A DNA stretch of 64,000 bases from a virus (Duplodnaviria; Caudoviricetes). Below, one piece after another: positions 39,710 to 48,646 of this stretch. The notes beneath the pieces are model-generated. The model made no database searches. It was not told the origin of the DNA and was given only the letters and a program-made list of their open reading frames with translations. The position numbers were made by a program, and so were the translations under genes. Position 1 is the stretch's first letter; each line of letters starts with the position of its first letter. The stretch is taken from IMG/VR virus record IMGVR_UViG_3300027278_000012, positions 8,121-72,120 of that record. One strand, written 5' to 3'.

Positions 39710-40445
39710 AATCTTTTAACATTTGTGCATAGTCTTTGTTCCAATGAGGATTTAAATGAATATCTCCTGTAGGGATAAGATTTTTTTGTCTCAAGGTTTC
39801 TATATGTTTACTATGTCTTTGTATGATGTTAGGCTTATCTGCAGTGTCTGTACCTTCTCCAGATTGATGATAACCTCTACCACCCCACATATAAAACCAA
39901 GAAGCTTCTGAGTCAGGCATTTTTGCATCAATAACATGTGCTCTACCAAAGGAATGTATTCTACTAACTAATGTAGTATCTCCTCCAGCATTCTCTATAG
40001 GACTCTTTCCAATTGCTTCCCAAACTTTTTTACTGTATACAATACCTGAGTTACCAATTCCCATTATCTTTGTTATACTGGGCTCATTGTAATACACACC
40101 TGTTTGCCAATGCAAGATGTTAGTATCTTCTTTCCAAAATTTAGCTATGTTTGATAGATGATTAGACAAAGCTATATCATCATCATCCCATACAGCTATT
40201 AGTTCTCCAGAACATCTTTCTATAGCATAGTTTTCTTTATCTCCAATAGTGGGAAATGTTTCATCTAGATTATAAATTTTTATCTCTGGGTGATCATACA
40301 CTAACTTCTGAAGAGGGTAATCATTAACTATAATAAGTTCTTTCTTACCAGGATACTCTTGTTGGAGGAAACTTTGTATAGATTCCTCCAGAGTATCTAC
40401 TCTTCCATAAGTAATGCATTTAGCAGATATGAAAGGATATTCCAT
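39681..40445 (-). CDS. GT2 family glycosyltransferase
   Basis: CITYGR...SFLQQEYPG.KELIIVND...IGDKEN...AVWDDDD. Confidence 0.85.
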   Translation of the reverse strand: MEYPFISAKCITYGRVDTLEESIQSFLQQEYPGKKELIIVNDYPLQKLVYDHPEIKIYNLDETFPTIGDKENYAIERCSGELIAVWDDDDIALSNHLSNIAKFWKEDTNILHWQTGVYYNEPSITKIMGIGNSGIVYSKKVWEAIGKSPIENAGGDTTLVSRIHSFGRAHVIDAKMPDSEASWFYMWGGRGYHQSGEGTDTADKPNIIQRHSKHIETLRQKNLIPTGDIHLNPHWNKDYAQMLKDFVSESNNSK

Positions 40446-40446
40446 T

Positions 40447-40725
40447 TTACCACACCATTATAACATCAAATGGAGAAACTAATAATACGTTCTCTTCATC
40501 TGATAGTGGAATTAATGGAGCTTTCTGTAGAGCTTGTGGATCTACAAGAACAACATCTCCTGCTTTAACATCCATGTTAGCTGTTCCTACACTGTGAACA
40601 GTTAATCTGGCCATCTTTTTGTACATTTCTTTCTCTAAAGCTTCTTTTGTATTCTCATCTACAATAAGTTTGCTCTCTTCTTTCTTTGGTATCTCTAAAT
40701 AGATACGATTTCCTAATAGTTTCAT
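40447..40725 (-). CDS. groES: GroES-like co-chaperonin
   Basis: KLLGNRIYLE...VHSVG...VKAGDVVLV. Confidence 0.7.
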   Translation of the reverse strand: MKLLGNRIYLEIPKKEESKLIVDENTKEALEKEMYKKMARLTVHSVGTANMDVKAGDVVLVDPQALQKAPLIPLSDEENVLLVSPFDVIMVW

Positions 40726-40741
40726 ATTGGTTTTTTAATTG

Positions 40742-40954
40742 TTATACACTTACTACTAATGTCCAAACATTAGATATTGATGGTGGGAACTTTTCCCCTT
40801 TTGTCAAAGCTATAAATTCTTTGCCACTTCTGAACAATCCACTAACTCTTGTTCTTTGTCCTGTTTTTGCAGTGATGTTTTCACTGTTTAGCTCCAATAG
40901 GGCTAATAATAATTGTTTAATCATAGTTTTAGTTATTAAGTTCTTTTGCATCAT
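40742..40954 (-). CDS. YjzC-like small protein (true start probably MIKQ)
   Basis: KTGQ...SGLF...IALTKGEKFPP...W. Confidence 0.45.
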   Translation of the reverse strand: MMQKNLITKTMIKQLLLALLELNSENITAKTGQRTRVSGLFRSGKEFIALTKGEKFPPSISNVWTLVVSV

Positions 40955-41195
40955 TTATTTCTGTAACAATAGCTTTGTATTTCTCTAATGGCATAGATCC
41001 AGACAATCTGTGCACCTCTTTACCATTTCTCAAGAACACTAATGTAGGAACACTACGTACATTGTACTTCATAGCTGTTTCCATATCTTTTTCAATATCT
41101 ATGTTAGTTATACCAACTACATCTTTTAATGTATATGCTAACACCTTACAAGGACCACACCATGTGGCACTGAATTTAAGCACTTCGATTTCCAT
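40929..41195 (-). CDS. Thioredoxin
   Basis: FSATWCGPCK; VRSVPTLVF. Confidence 0.95.
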   Translation of the reverse strand: MEIEVLKFSATWCGPCKVLAYTLKDVVGITNIDIEKDMETAMKYNVRSVPTLVFLRNGKEVHRLSGSMPLEKYKAIVTEINDAKELNN

Positions 41196-41201
41196 TGTTT
41201 T

Positions 41202-41849
41202 TTAATTGTATTCGTTATCTAATATTTTACCAACAAGATCACTTCTGTGATTAGCTTTAAGTTTGATCCATTCTATACCCTCTATCTTCTTAGAGATGTC
41301 TATAGCATATGATAAGCCTGTATATGATTCTTTGATGTCTTTCTGTTCATTGTCACCATTAATGATAATCTTACCTGTTTTACCAAGTCTTGTTAGTATA
41401 GCAAGCATTTCTCCTTTTGACAGGTTCTGTGCTTCTTCTACAACTAATACATCATCAATAGTTTTACCACGTATAAACTGAACAGGATAAGCAATAACCC
41501 TCTTGTTCTTAACCAGTTCTTGAATCTTGACTTTATCATAACACTTTTCAAGGTTTTCCTGAAATGCTTCTAGGTAAGGATTGAACTTCTCTTCAAGGTC
41601 TCCTGGAAGAAATCCTAATGATCCTCCCACCTCAATTGTTGCTCTTGTAACATAAATATGATTACATTGTTTCTTCATTAAAAAATCTAAAGCTGCTTGG
41701 GCACATACTAAAGACTTACCACTTCCAGCTCTACCAGTAACAATAACTATTTGGTTATCTATTATTAACTGTTTAGCAAGCTTCTGTTCTTCGTTGAGGG
41801 TAACAGCATATTTAATATCACTTTTACGTTCCCTGTTAGGTTCTTTCAT
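41202..41849 (-). CDS. phoH: PhoH-like ATPase
   Basis: GRAGSGKS, LGFLPGDLEEKFNPY, FIRGKT, EEAQN, LTRLG, GDNEQKD. Confidence 0.95.
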   Translation of the reverse strand: MKEPNRERKSDIKYAVTLNEEQKLAKQLIIDNQIVIVTGRAGSGKSLVCAQAALDFLMKKQCNHIYVTRATIEVGGSLGFLPGDLEEKFNPYLEAFQENLEKCYDKVKIQELVKNKRVIAYPVQFIRGKTIDDVLVVEEAQNLSKGEMLAILTRLGKTGKIIINGDNEQKDIKESYTGLSYAIDISKKIEGIEWIKLKANHRSDLVGKILDNEYN

Positions 41850-42252
41850 ATTTAAGTTTTAATTGATTACGTCTTTCATTAACCTCCTCATACTTATACA
41901 TATCGTTTTCAACGTTAGAATGCTCCTCTAGCGTCAAAAGTATAATATTTTCTTCATCTAAACAAGCTTCTGGATACTTTTCTTTTGGTAAAATGTGATG
42001 GAAGTATGTAGACATAGCCTCACTACCAAGATATACACCACTCACTTCTGATTTATGTGGTCTTTTTTTCCATATAGATAGAAAGAAGTCTCTTTGTATG
42101 ATAACTCGTTCATTATCTTTCTTTGGAGCTTTAGTGAATGATTTACCATTCATACTACTAGTTAAACCCCTACCAGAAGGTAAGGGTTTTCTAGATTTAT
42201 GAGCAAAACAGTATTCATTGTCTGCGTTCTTTCCACATGTTTTACACTTCAT
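41836..42252 (-). CDS. HNH-like / NinG-like nuclease
   Basis: FHHILPKEKYP...ENIILLTLEEH; N-terminal CxxC. Confidence 0.5.
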   Translation of the reverse strand: MKCKTCGKNADNEYCFAHKSRKPLPSGRGLTSSMNGKSFTKAPKKDNERVIIQRDFFLSIWKKRPHKSEVSGVYLGSEAMSTYFHHILPKEKYPEACLDEENIILLTLEEHSNVENDMYKYEEVNERRNQLKLKYERT

Positions 42253-42254
42253 CT

Positions 42255-42575
42255 TTAAATATTAGGTGGTTTAGGTGTAAACGGATCAGTAAGAGTAGAA
42301 GTGTAAGGATCAATTCCTGCAGTGTATGGTTGTGTACTACCAATTGTAGGAGCATTAATATCACTAGTTATTGATAAATTACTAAATGGTGTAGGTGTAC
42401 AATCACAACTTCCTTTCCATGGAGCATTTATCTTTCCACATCTATGACATTCCCATGATAAAGAAACTTTAGGACATGTGCACATTTGTGGTTGCCCTGT
42501 ACTGTTCCAACTATAAGGCATAGATTTATACCCTTGGCAAGTTGTACATTTCTGAGGGAAATCAAAACTAAGCAT
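42255..42575 (-). CDS. Cys-rich hypothetical protein
   Basis: CxxC motifs; WECHRCGKINAPW. Confidence 0.55.
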   Translation of the reverse strand: MLSFDFPQKCTTCQGYKSMPYSWNSTGQPQMCTCPKVSLSWECHRCGKINAPWKGSCDCTPTPFSNLSITSDINAPTIGSTQPYTAGIDPYTSTLTDPFTPKPPNI

Positions 42576-42873
42576 CTTTCTGGAATTGTCCGTTCACCAT
42601 TTTACCTGTACGTTTAGCAATTACATTGTATGCACTCTCTAAACATTCTGTCAAACTCACTCCTTGCAGTTCTGCTTGGATGATGATTGTAACAAGGATG
42701 TCACCTAGTGCATCAACTATCTCTTCTTTATTGTTATCAAAGATAGCATCTGATAGTTCTTGTACCTCTTCTAATGTTTTATCACATTGTCTAGCTGGTG
42801 TACCATTTTGAAAGATTCCTTTCTGTGTTGCCCATGCTATAACAAGAGCTTCTAATTCATTGTAACTTTTCAT
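42568..42873 (-). CDS. MazG-like NTP pyrophosphohydrolase
   Basis: KTLEEVQEL...EEIVDALGDILV. Confidence 0.85.
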   Translation of the reverse strand: MKSYNELEALVIAWATQKGIFQNGTPARQCDKTLEEVQELSDAIFDNNKEEIVDALGDILVTIIIQAELQGVSLTECLESAYNVIAKRTGKMVNGQFQKDA

Positions 42874-43511
42874 ATTATTTTTTCTGTTATTAATATTATT
42901 CTAACTTTTTCTATTAGATCTTTTATAGATCCATCATTAATGATTTCATAATCAAACTCTGCTTTATCAAGACTTGTCTCACTAGGATGTAATCTTGCAG
43001 GTGTTTTACTTTTCTCAACTGGCCTAACCACTTTAAGTGTAAGTCCTTTTACATCCTCTACAGCTTCTAACTCATTGGGAAACCTAACATCTGTAATAAT
43101 CCAATTGCTTGGATTGTACTCACTCATCTTTGGTCTTTTATACTCACACATCAATGCGTTCACCCAAGCATTAGGATGTAATCCATCACGTATAGCTTCT
43201 GTACCAAGCTTCTGAAGAAGTTCTCTTACAGACATTAAATGATTAAATTCAATATTTTCAAACACTGGGACAGCATTGAGAGGATTAGATTCAACAGTTC
43301 CCCATTCAGCTCCAAGATATGATTTCTTAAATTCTTGATCTTCAAAATCCTCTACAGGAATACCAGTGAGTAGGGAAGCTATTTGTTTTAGCTTCCCTGC
43401 AAACTTCTTAACTTCAAACACTGGACCATGATTACTAAGACATAACTCTTGTATAATTTCTCCAACAGTGTCTTTACCACTTCCTATTCTACCTGCTATA
43501 CCTATTATCAT
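42870..43511 (-). CDS. Deoxynucleoside monophosphate kinase
   Basis: IIGIAGRIGSGKDT, FAGKLK, RELLQKLGT, ITDVRFPNE, HPSE. Confidence 0.9.
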   Translation of the reverse strand: MIIGIAGRIGSGKDTVGEIIQELCLSNHGPVFEVKKFAGKLKQIASLLTGIPVEDFEDQEFKKSYLGAEWGTVESNPLNAVPVFENIEFNHLMSVRELLQKLGTEAIRDGLHPNAWVNALMCEYKRPKMSEYNPSNWIITDVRFPNELEAVEDVKGLTLKVVRPVEKSKTPARLHPSETSLDKAEFDYEIINDGSIKDLIEKVRIILITEKII

Positions 43512-44599
43512 AACTCTTCGTCATTAAATAAACTATGATTAGCACATGCTGCTACTGGAACAACATCTTCTTCAACTTCTACTTCCTCAACAGGAAGATC
43601 AGTTTGGTTGATTGCAGCTACAATCTTCTCTTTAAGCTCATCATAGAACTCTGGGTTATCAACTACCAACTGTTTGAATTCTTCTAAGTCATACTTAGTT
43701 CCATCTACTGTCATAGTTTTACCATACTTACGTCCTAGTTCAAACTCATTAAGAAGAGTCATCATCTCATCAAGAGTGTCAATACCTTTACCATACACAA
43801 TCTCAAACTCTGATTTTCTATATGGAGGAGACATTTTATTCTTGACAGCTTTTAGCTTAGTAATGTTACCATAGTTTACATCACCATCTTTAGCTAATGT
43901 TCTGCTCACTTCTATTCTTACATCACTGTAGAATTTAAGAGCATGTCCTCCTTGTGTTGTTGTTGGGTTACCAAACATAACACCAATCTTCTCTCTATAT
44001 TGGGATATTACGATAACACATACATTATGTTGTGATAGAGCCCCTTTAAGCTTTGGATAAGCATTACTGTTCAATAAAGCTTTTCTACCGATTGTAGAGT
44101 CTCCTACATCACCATCAAGCATCTTCTTAGGTATCAATGATGAATCACTATCGATGATAACCAAATCAATCTCTCCAGTGTTAATCATTTCCATAGCAAT
44201 ATTGAATCCCTCCTCACCACATGATGGTTGAGCAATCAACATCTTTGTTGTGTCCACTCCTAGTTTCTTGAAATAGTTCTTGTCAACAGCATGCTCACCA
44301 TCTATATATAGAACAGTTCCTCCTGCTTTTTGACATTCAGCTGCAGCATGTCCACATATTGTAGATTTACCTGTGCCCTCCCAGCCCATAAGTTCATAGA
44401 GTTTCCCCTTTACAAATCCTCCTACACCAAGTGTGATGTGATCAAATCCAATACTTCCTGTACTGATAACATCATAAGTTTCTCCTCCTGGTTTAGAATC
44501 TAACGCTAATATTGAACCAACACCATAGGTCTTGTTCAACTTGTCCATTGCATCTTGAAACTTGTTATTAGTTTCTTTAACTACTTTCTGTTTTGCCAT
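43508..44599 (-). CDS. recA: RecA recombinase
   Basis: GWEGTGKST, YIDGEHAVD, QPSCGEE, SQYREKIGVMFGNPTTTQGGHALKFYSDVRIEV. Confidence 0.97.
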   Translation of the reverse strand: MAKQKVVKETNNKFQDAMDKLNKTYGVGSILALDSKPGGETYDVISTGSIGFDHITLGVGGFVKGKLYELMGWEGTGKSTICGHAAAECQKAGGTVLYIDGEHAVDKNYFKKLGVDTTKMLIAQPSCGEEGFNIAMEMINTGEIDLVIIDSDSSLIPKKMLDGDVGDSTIGRKALLNSNAYPKLKGALSQHNVCVIVISQYREKIGVMFGNPTTTQGGHALKFYSDVRIEVSRTLAKDGDVNYGNITKLKAVKNKMSPPYRKSEFEIVYGKGIDTLDEMMTLLNEFELGRKYGKTMTVDGTKYDLEEFKQLVVDNPEFYDELKEKIVAAINQTDLPVEEVEVEEDVVPVAACANHSLFNDEEL

Positions 44600-44757
44600 T
44601 ATTTAGTTGTTTTAATTGTTTAAAGTTAATCATTTTTGTGTTTATTTCCAAGTAAAATGTCAGGTTTCTTCCATCATTTACTTTACCTTTTGTGGTAGGA
44701 TAGACCCCATTTTTTAGGGTTTATCTATCCACGATTGGTCCCTTATATCCTGTAAAT

Positions 44758-44848
44758 TTGGGACGAAATAGGTATTCTTGGTGAAAAATAGGTATATCTG
44801 ATCTGTTTTGGTGAAAAATAGGTTTGACTATTAATAGTCAATAGTCAA
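44758..44848. repeat. Three 16-bp direct repeats plus an 18-bp perfect palindrome
   Basis: TTGGGACGAAATAGGT (44758), TTGGTGAAAAATAGGT (44778, 44808); TTGACTATTAATAGTCAA at 44824-44841. Confidence 0.85.
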
Positions 44849-44878
44849 AAAAACCCTATATTGCTATAGGGCTCTTTC
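44847..44878 (-). terminator. Intrinsic terminator
   Basis: Minus strand CCCTATA-GCAA-TATAGGG followed by T7. Confidence 0.8.
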
Positions 44879-44919
44879 TTCACAATTTAAAAAAACATAA
44901 CAAAACAGAACAGAACTTT

Positions 44920-45099
44920 TTATTCACTTGTTCTAAGTGATGTATTACCTTTTTCACATTTATCATACGGACAATGTCTACATTCATTACCACAGCATTG
45001 TTTCTTAGTCTTCAATAGATACTCCTTAGTGAAATGAATTCTTCCTTCTTCTAAGTAATAGTCTTGAAATTCTTTGAATTCTTTCTTCTCTTCACTCAT
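44920..45099 (-). CDS. DUF5522-like Cys-rich protein (59 aa)
   Basis: Read by hand: DYYLEEGRIHFTKEYLLKTKKQCCGNECRHCPY. Confidence 0.75.
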   Translation of the reverse strand: MSEEKKEFKEFQDYYLEEGRIHFTKEYLLKTKKQCCGNECRHCPYDKCEKGNTSLRTSE

Positions 45100-45377
45100 T
45101 ATCTATTCATTTTAGATTCATATATATAATAAGTAATTACAACTGGTGCTTGATTGCGTTCATTTATTAAATGTTCATACGATAGATCATTTAACTTCTT
45201 ACTTCCTCTCAATAATTCAACTTGTTCATCTGTGTACAATGCTAATCTATTTTTATTAGTCTTATACTTTTTTAAACCTAATCTTGATATTTTATTTCTT
45301 GTAGATTTCTGAGTTATACCTAACATTATAGATATATCAAGAATGCTGTAATATTTATATGTTCTTACTTGTTTCAT
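45099..45377 (-). CDS. HTH DNA-binding protein (MerR/excisionase-like)
   Basis: YSILDISIMLGITQKSTRNKISRLG...LYTDEQVELL. Confidence 0.55.
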   Translation of the reverse strand: MKQVRTYKYYSILDISIMLGITQKSTRNKISRLGLKKYKTNKNRLALYTDEQVELLRGSKKLNDLSYEHLINERNQAPVVITYYIYESKMNR

Positions 45378-45600
45378 TCATAGATTGTTTTATAAGTTCT
45401 CTTTCATCCTCAAATGCATATCGATACTTAGCATCTTTATATTCATCCATAATGTATGGATTTTGAAGTTTTCTAGAAAAATCTTTACTAGTAGTTTCTA
45501 TAGCTAGAATGATGTGACTATCGTTATATCCACAAACATGTCCCTTATAATTAGGATGCACTATCAACATTCCTTTAAACTGGTTGAATACTTTTTCCAT
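45355..45600 (-). CDS. Hypothetical protein
   Basis: Overlapping operonic ORF. Confidence 0.55.
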   Translation of the reverse strand: MEKVFNQFKGMLIVHPNYKGHVCGYNDSHIILAIETTSKDFSRKLQNPYIMDEYKDAKYRYAFEDERELIKQSMNETSKNI

Positions 45601-45913
45601 CTTTGTCTAGGTTTAAACTTGCTAATCTATTCTCTAACTCATATTCCACTTTCAGAATAAAATTAATCTTGTCCTCAATCTCTTGATCTAAGATTCTTCC
45701 TGCGAATGGCATTATCTCCTGAAGATTTGTATACACTCTAGCAAGACCAAATTTTGTTTTTATTTGTTGGTATTTAAATTCTGGAATCTTTGTAAGATCA
45801 TTGAACACCTGATCAACATAAGCTAATACAGAAGGTTCATCAATAGACATTCCATAATGTCCTTCTTCTAAATAATCTGTATACTTCTCATTAAATTCTT
45901 TACTTGTTCTCAT
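45575..45913 (-). CDS. Hypothetical protein (QIKTKFG motif)
   Basis: Operonic ORF after a promoter. Confidence 0.6.
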   Translation of the reverse strand: MRTSKEFNEKYTDYLEEGHYGMSIDEPSVLAYVDQVFNDLTKIPEFKYQQIKTKFGLARVYTNLQEIMPFAGRILDQEIEDKINFILKVEYELENRLASLNLDKDGKSIQPV

Positions 45914-45933
45914 ATTTTTGTATTATAGGGAGA

Positions 45934-45941
45934 CAAATATA
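45934..45941 (-). promoter_or_regulatory. -7 box TATATTTG inside a 7-bp hairpin
   Basis: CAAATATA on plus, enclosed by AGGGAGA/TCTCCCT. Confidence 0.55.
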
Positions 45942-45961
45942 ATCCATCTCCCTGATTATTC

Positions 45962-46348
45962 CTAATTAATTTCTTCTATTTTTGGAGATAGTTTGTTCTC
46001 TAAGAGTTTAAATGCAGAATCAATAGCAAACAATTCTGCTTCTTTTCTTGTATTCCATGAACCATCAAGAAAGAAACTTAAGCCATTAATGTGATATTCA
46101 AACTTAGAATCTTTCATATCAATGAAAATAAATATTTCATTATCATCAAATACATCTAATAACATTCTAGGATTTGAATCAATCATGATTGATAGTTTAT
46201 CATCTTCTATACCTGTTTCTCTCATCATGTCTTTGAATTCATCTGGAACATCTGCTGTCTGCAATGATTCAATCATCTTCTCTAAGAACCATGCTCTAAT
46301 AATCTTAGCTGATTCTGGGTACTTATTTAATAATTCTATTCCTTTCAT
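45962..46348 (-). CDS. Hypothetical protein
   Basis: 128-aa ORF in operon. Confidence 0.6.
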   Translation of the reverse strand: MKGIELLNKYPESAKIIRAWFLEKMIESLQTADVPDEFKDMMRETGIEDDKLSIMIDSNPRMLLDVFDDNEIFIFIDMKDSKFEYHINGLSFFLDGSWNTRKEAELFAIDSAFKLLENKLSPKIEEIN

Positions 46349-46349
46349 A

Positions 46350-46556
46350 CTAGTCTTCTATTATTGGTTGTTCATGTAATGCTAGAGAGGCTTCTATCCA
46401 CCACACTCTTTCAAAATCAAATTCAGTTAATGGTTCCTTTTCTTTGCATGCTTTGTACTTAAGATCGTACATCATTGCAGCCATCTCACAAAATAGAGCA
46501 GATTTCTCTGCTCCATACTCTTCTATCAGTGATTCTAATATTTGTCTATTAAACAT
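46350..46556 (-). CDS. Hypothetical protein
   Basis: 68-aa ORF in operon. Confidence 0.55.
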   Translation of the reverse strand: MFNRQILESLIEEYGAEKSALFCEMAAMMYDLKYKACKEKEPLTEFDFERVWWIEASLALHEQPIIED

Positions 46557-47100
46557 GTTCTTTTAATTTATCGATTACTAACACTTCTTTTTCTTCATCC
46601 CAGCCTTCCCACACTTCAAAATCATCTTCAAATGTGATTCCTATTTTGTCTTCCCAGAATTCTATAAGATCTGCACTCTTCTTAAATATTCTAAGTTGCA
46701 AACTTATTTCATCTTTACTTAGTCCTGATTTAATAACCTTGACAGACTTAGGGAATTCACTCTGGAATGCTTTTGATGTTTTAGAATATTTCCCCTGTTT
46801 AACAAGTTCATAATCTTGCTTGAATCTTTCATTGAGCTGATATACAACAACAACAAATCCATCTTCATAATCATAATCTTCTATTATGGATTTAGTTCTT
46901 TCATATTCTCCATCTAAGAACTCCCTAAACTTATCTAGATTGTCAGGCTTAAATAAAAGATAGATAGGATCTTCATATCCATGTTGCATTTTTTCATCTT
47001 TAATGTATCCATTTATGAATCCATTTGAGCGTAAAGCATCCTTTGGTACCCGAAGAGTGGGCACCATAAAGATACTAGTTATATTCTTTTTTACTTCCAT
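46549..47100 (-). CDS. Hypothetical replication-module protein
   Basis: 183-aa ORF adjacent to the exonuclease. Confidence 0.6.
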   Translation of the reverse strand: MEVKKNITSIFMVPTLRVPKDALRSNGFINGYIKDEKMQHGYEDPIYLLFKPDNLDKFREFLDGEYERTKSIIEDYDYEDGFVVVVYQLNERFKQDYELVKQGKYSKTSKAFQSEFPKSVKVIKSGLSKDEISLQLRIFKKSADLIEFWEDKIGITFEDDFEVWEGWDEEKEVLVIDKLKEHV

Positions 47101-47103
47101 ATT

Positions 47104-48156
47104 TTATCCCTTGATGTTAACTATTCCATTAGACAAATAGTTTTTGTGGCTTATATTCCATGTTTCTGTTTCTTTACACCATTTAAGTGCTTTAACAATA
47201 TCTTCTACACCAGGATATGTTCTTCCTTTATGTACAAATCCTTCATATGCAGCTAGCATATCAGACTTATCAAGTGTATATATTAATGGTTGATAGTAGT
47301 TAGTTGAATCACATACAATAAATTGTAAGAATTCCACTGTATATCCATAATACTCACTCTCTGGATCTTTTGCTAAATGTAACATTGCATGAAAATACAA
47401 ATAAGCTTGGAGATATGCTCTTCTGTAAAGATAGTATTCTTCATAGAAATTCTCTACACTCCATGTACATTTTAAATCATAAGGCTGGATAACTCTTTTA
47501 TCATGATCAATGATCACTTTATCAAGCATACTCTTTAGAGGAAGACCATCTATTTCATATCCTTCAATCTGCATCTGATCTATCACTGTATATCTAGAGC
47601 TGTTCACTAGATTAACAATTGGTGCTGTTGTACTGTTAGTCTTTAGTTGCTCAACAATCTTTTCAGCAACAGACACTTCCATTGTGTTCACCACTGTCAA
47701 ATTCTTGCTTCTGACAGTGCGTATTTCATTATAATATATTTCAGCATCAGATCCATAAAACTTAGCTATCACAGCCTCGTATTTAATCTTAAATCCTGAT
47801 AGAGCATATGCTTCTTGAGATATATCTGCAAAGTCTCTCTTCACTACACCAAATTCATCTGTAGCATCTCTTGTTACACGATATAATGCTTCAGCAAACT
47901 CAAGCATAAGTCCTGTTGGTGTAGATGTACAAGATGACATATAGAACTTCTCATCAAATAAATGAGGTTCCATAAGTAGGGTTTCTACTATTCTACCCAT
48001 ATTAGCCGCAGCTGAATCTTTGTCTTCTACCTTCTCACCAAGATAATATTTCTTGTAATATTTCTTTCTATCTTGTGAGAATTCTTTTAATGAACTACTA
48101 CTGTCCATTACCACTGCTCTGTATTGAGCTTCTGTTTTTGCTACTCCTTGTATCAT
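47104..48156 (-). CDS. PD-(D/E)XK exonuclease-like protein
   Basis: SSSSLKEF...G...ETLL...KSMLDKVIID...PYDLKCT...Y.YLQAYLY. Confidence 0.75.
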   Translation of the reverse strand: MIQGVAKTEAQYRAVVMDSSSSLKEFSQDRKKYYKKYYLGEKVEDKDSAAANMGRIVETLLMEPHLFDEKFYMSSCTSTPTGLMLEFAEALYRVTRDATDEFGVVKRDFADISQEAYALSGFKIKYEAVIAKFYGSDAEIYYNEIRTVRSKNLTVVNTMEVSVAEKIVEQLKTNSTTAPIVNLVNSSRYTVIDQMQIEGYEIDGLPLKSMLDKVIIDHDKRVIQPYDLKCTWSVENFYEEYYLYRRAYLQAYLYFHAMLHLAKDPESEYYGYTVEFLQFIVCDSTNYYQPLIYTLDKSDMLAAYEGFVHKGRTYPGVEDIVKALKWCKETETWNISHKNYLSNGIVNIKG

Positions 48157-48162
48157 GATTGT

Positions 48163-48330
48163 TTATTTATATATTAATATTGTACTGTATAATGACAGTG
48201 ATGATTTTGGATCCTCTGTAGCTACTAAAGACATTGACACAACAGTCTTAACTATCTTATCATCTAATAATTGCTGTAACTCTCTATTTATAATAAAGAG
48301 TTGTTGGTTCTCCCATATCCAGGTTTTCAT
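48163..48330 (-). CDS. Hypothetical protein (55 aa)
   Basis: Read by hand (MKTWIWENQQ...); ATGA-coupled. Confidence 0.45.
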   Translation of the reverse strand: MKTWIWENQQLFIINRELQQLLDDKIVKTVVSMSLVATEDPKSSLSLYSTILIYK

Positions 48331-48500
48331 AATGATTGTTGTCTTATTTCAAGTTGTTTTCTTACTTCATCCCATTCATGTATGTTGTTCTCAACTTCTT
48401 CATAATCCTCAAGGACTATTAACATATGTTCTGCTAAATAAAGGGCACCGAAAACTCCTAGGTTTTCTACTAATTCTTCTACTTTTTCTTCTGGTGTCAT
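48327..48500 (-). CDS. Hypothetical protein (57 aa)
   Basis: Read by hand (MTPEEKVEEL...); ATGA-coupled. Confidence 0.5.
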   Translation of the reverse strand: MTPEEKVEELVENLGVFGALYLAEHMLIVLEDYEEVENNIHEWDEVRKQLEIRQQSL

Positions 48501-48646
48501 AATGTTTCTTTATAAATTTTATCAATTACTTCCTCAAACTTTTTAGTTTGTTTCAGTCCTATTTTCTTAATAAGTTTAGTAATATTAATACTGGTCTCAT
48601 CAAAATAATTACGTAATGCTTCAGCTTCTTCTTTTGTTAGTGTCAT
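48497..48646 (-). CDS. Hypothetical protein (49 aa)
   Basis: Read by hand (MTLTKEEAEAL...); ATGA-coupled. Confidence 0.5.
   Translation of the reverse strand: MTLTKEEAEALRNYFDETSINITKLIKKIGLKQTKKFEEVIDKIYKETL

Noticed and set aside
44758-44823. Direct repeats as a mini CRISPR array
   Set aside because: The repeats are only 16 bp, the gaps are 4 and 14 bp, and no cas gene is in the window.
44640-44830. Coding remnant in the gap upstream of recA
   Set aside because: The open stretches on the minus strand lack a start codon, are broken by stops and have no recognisable motif.
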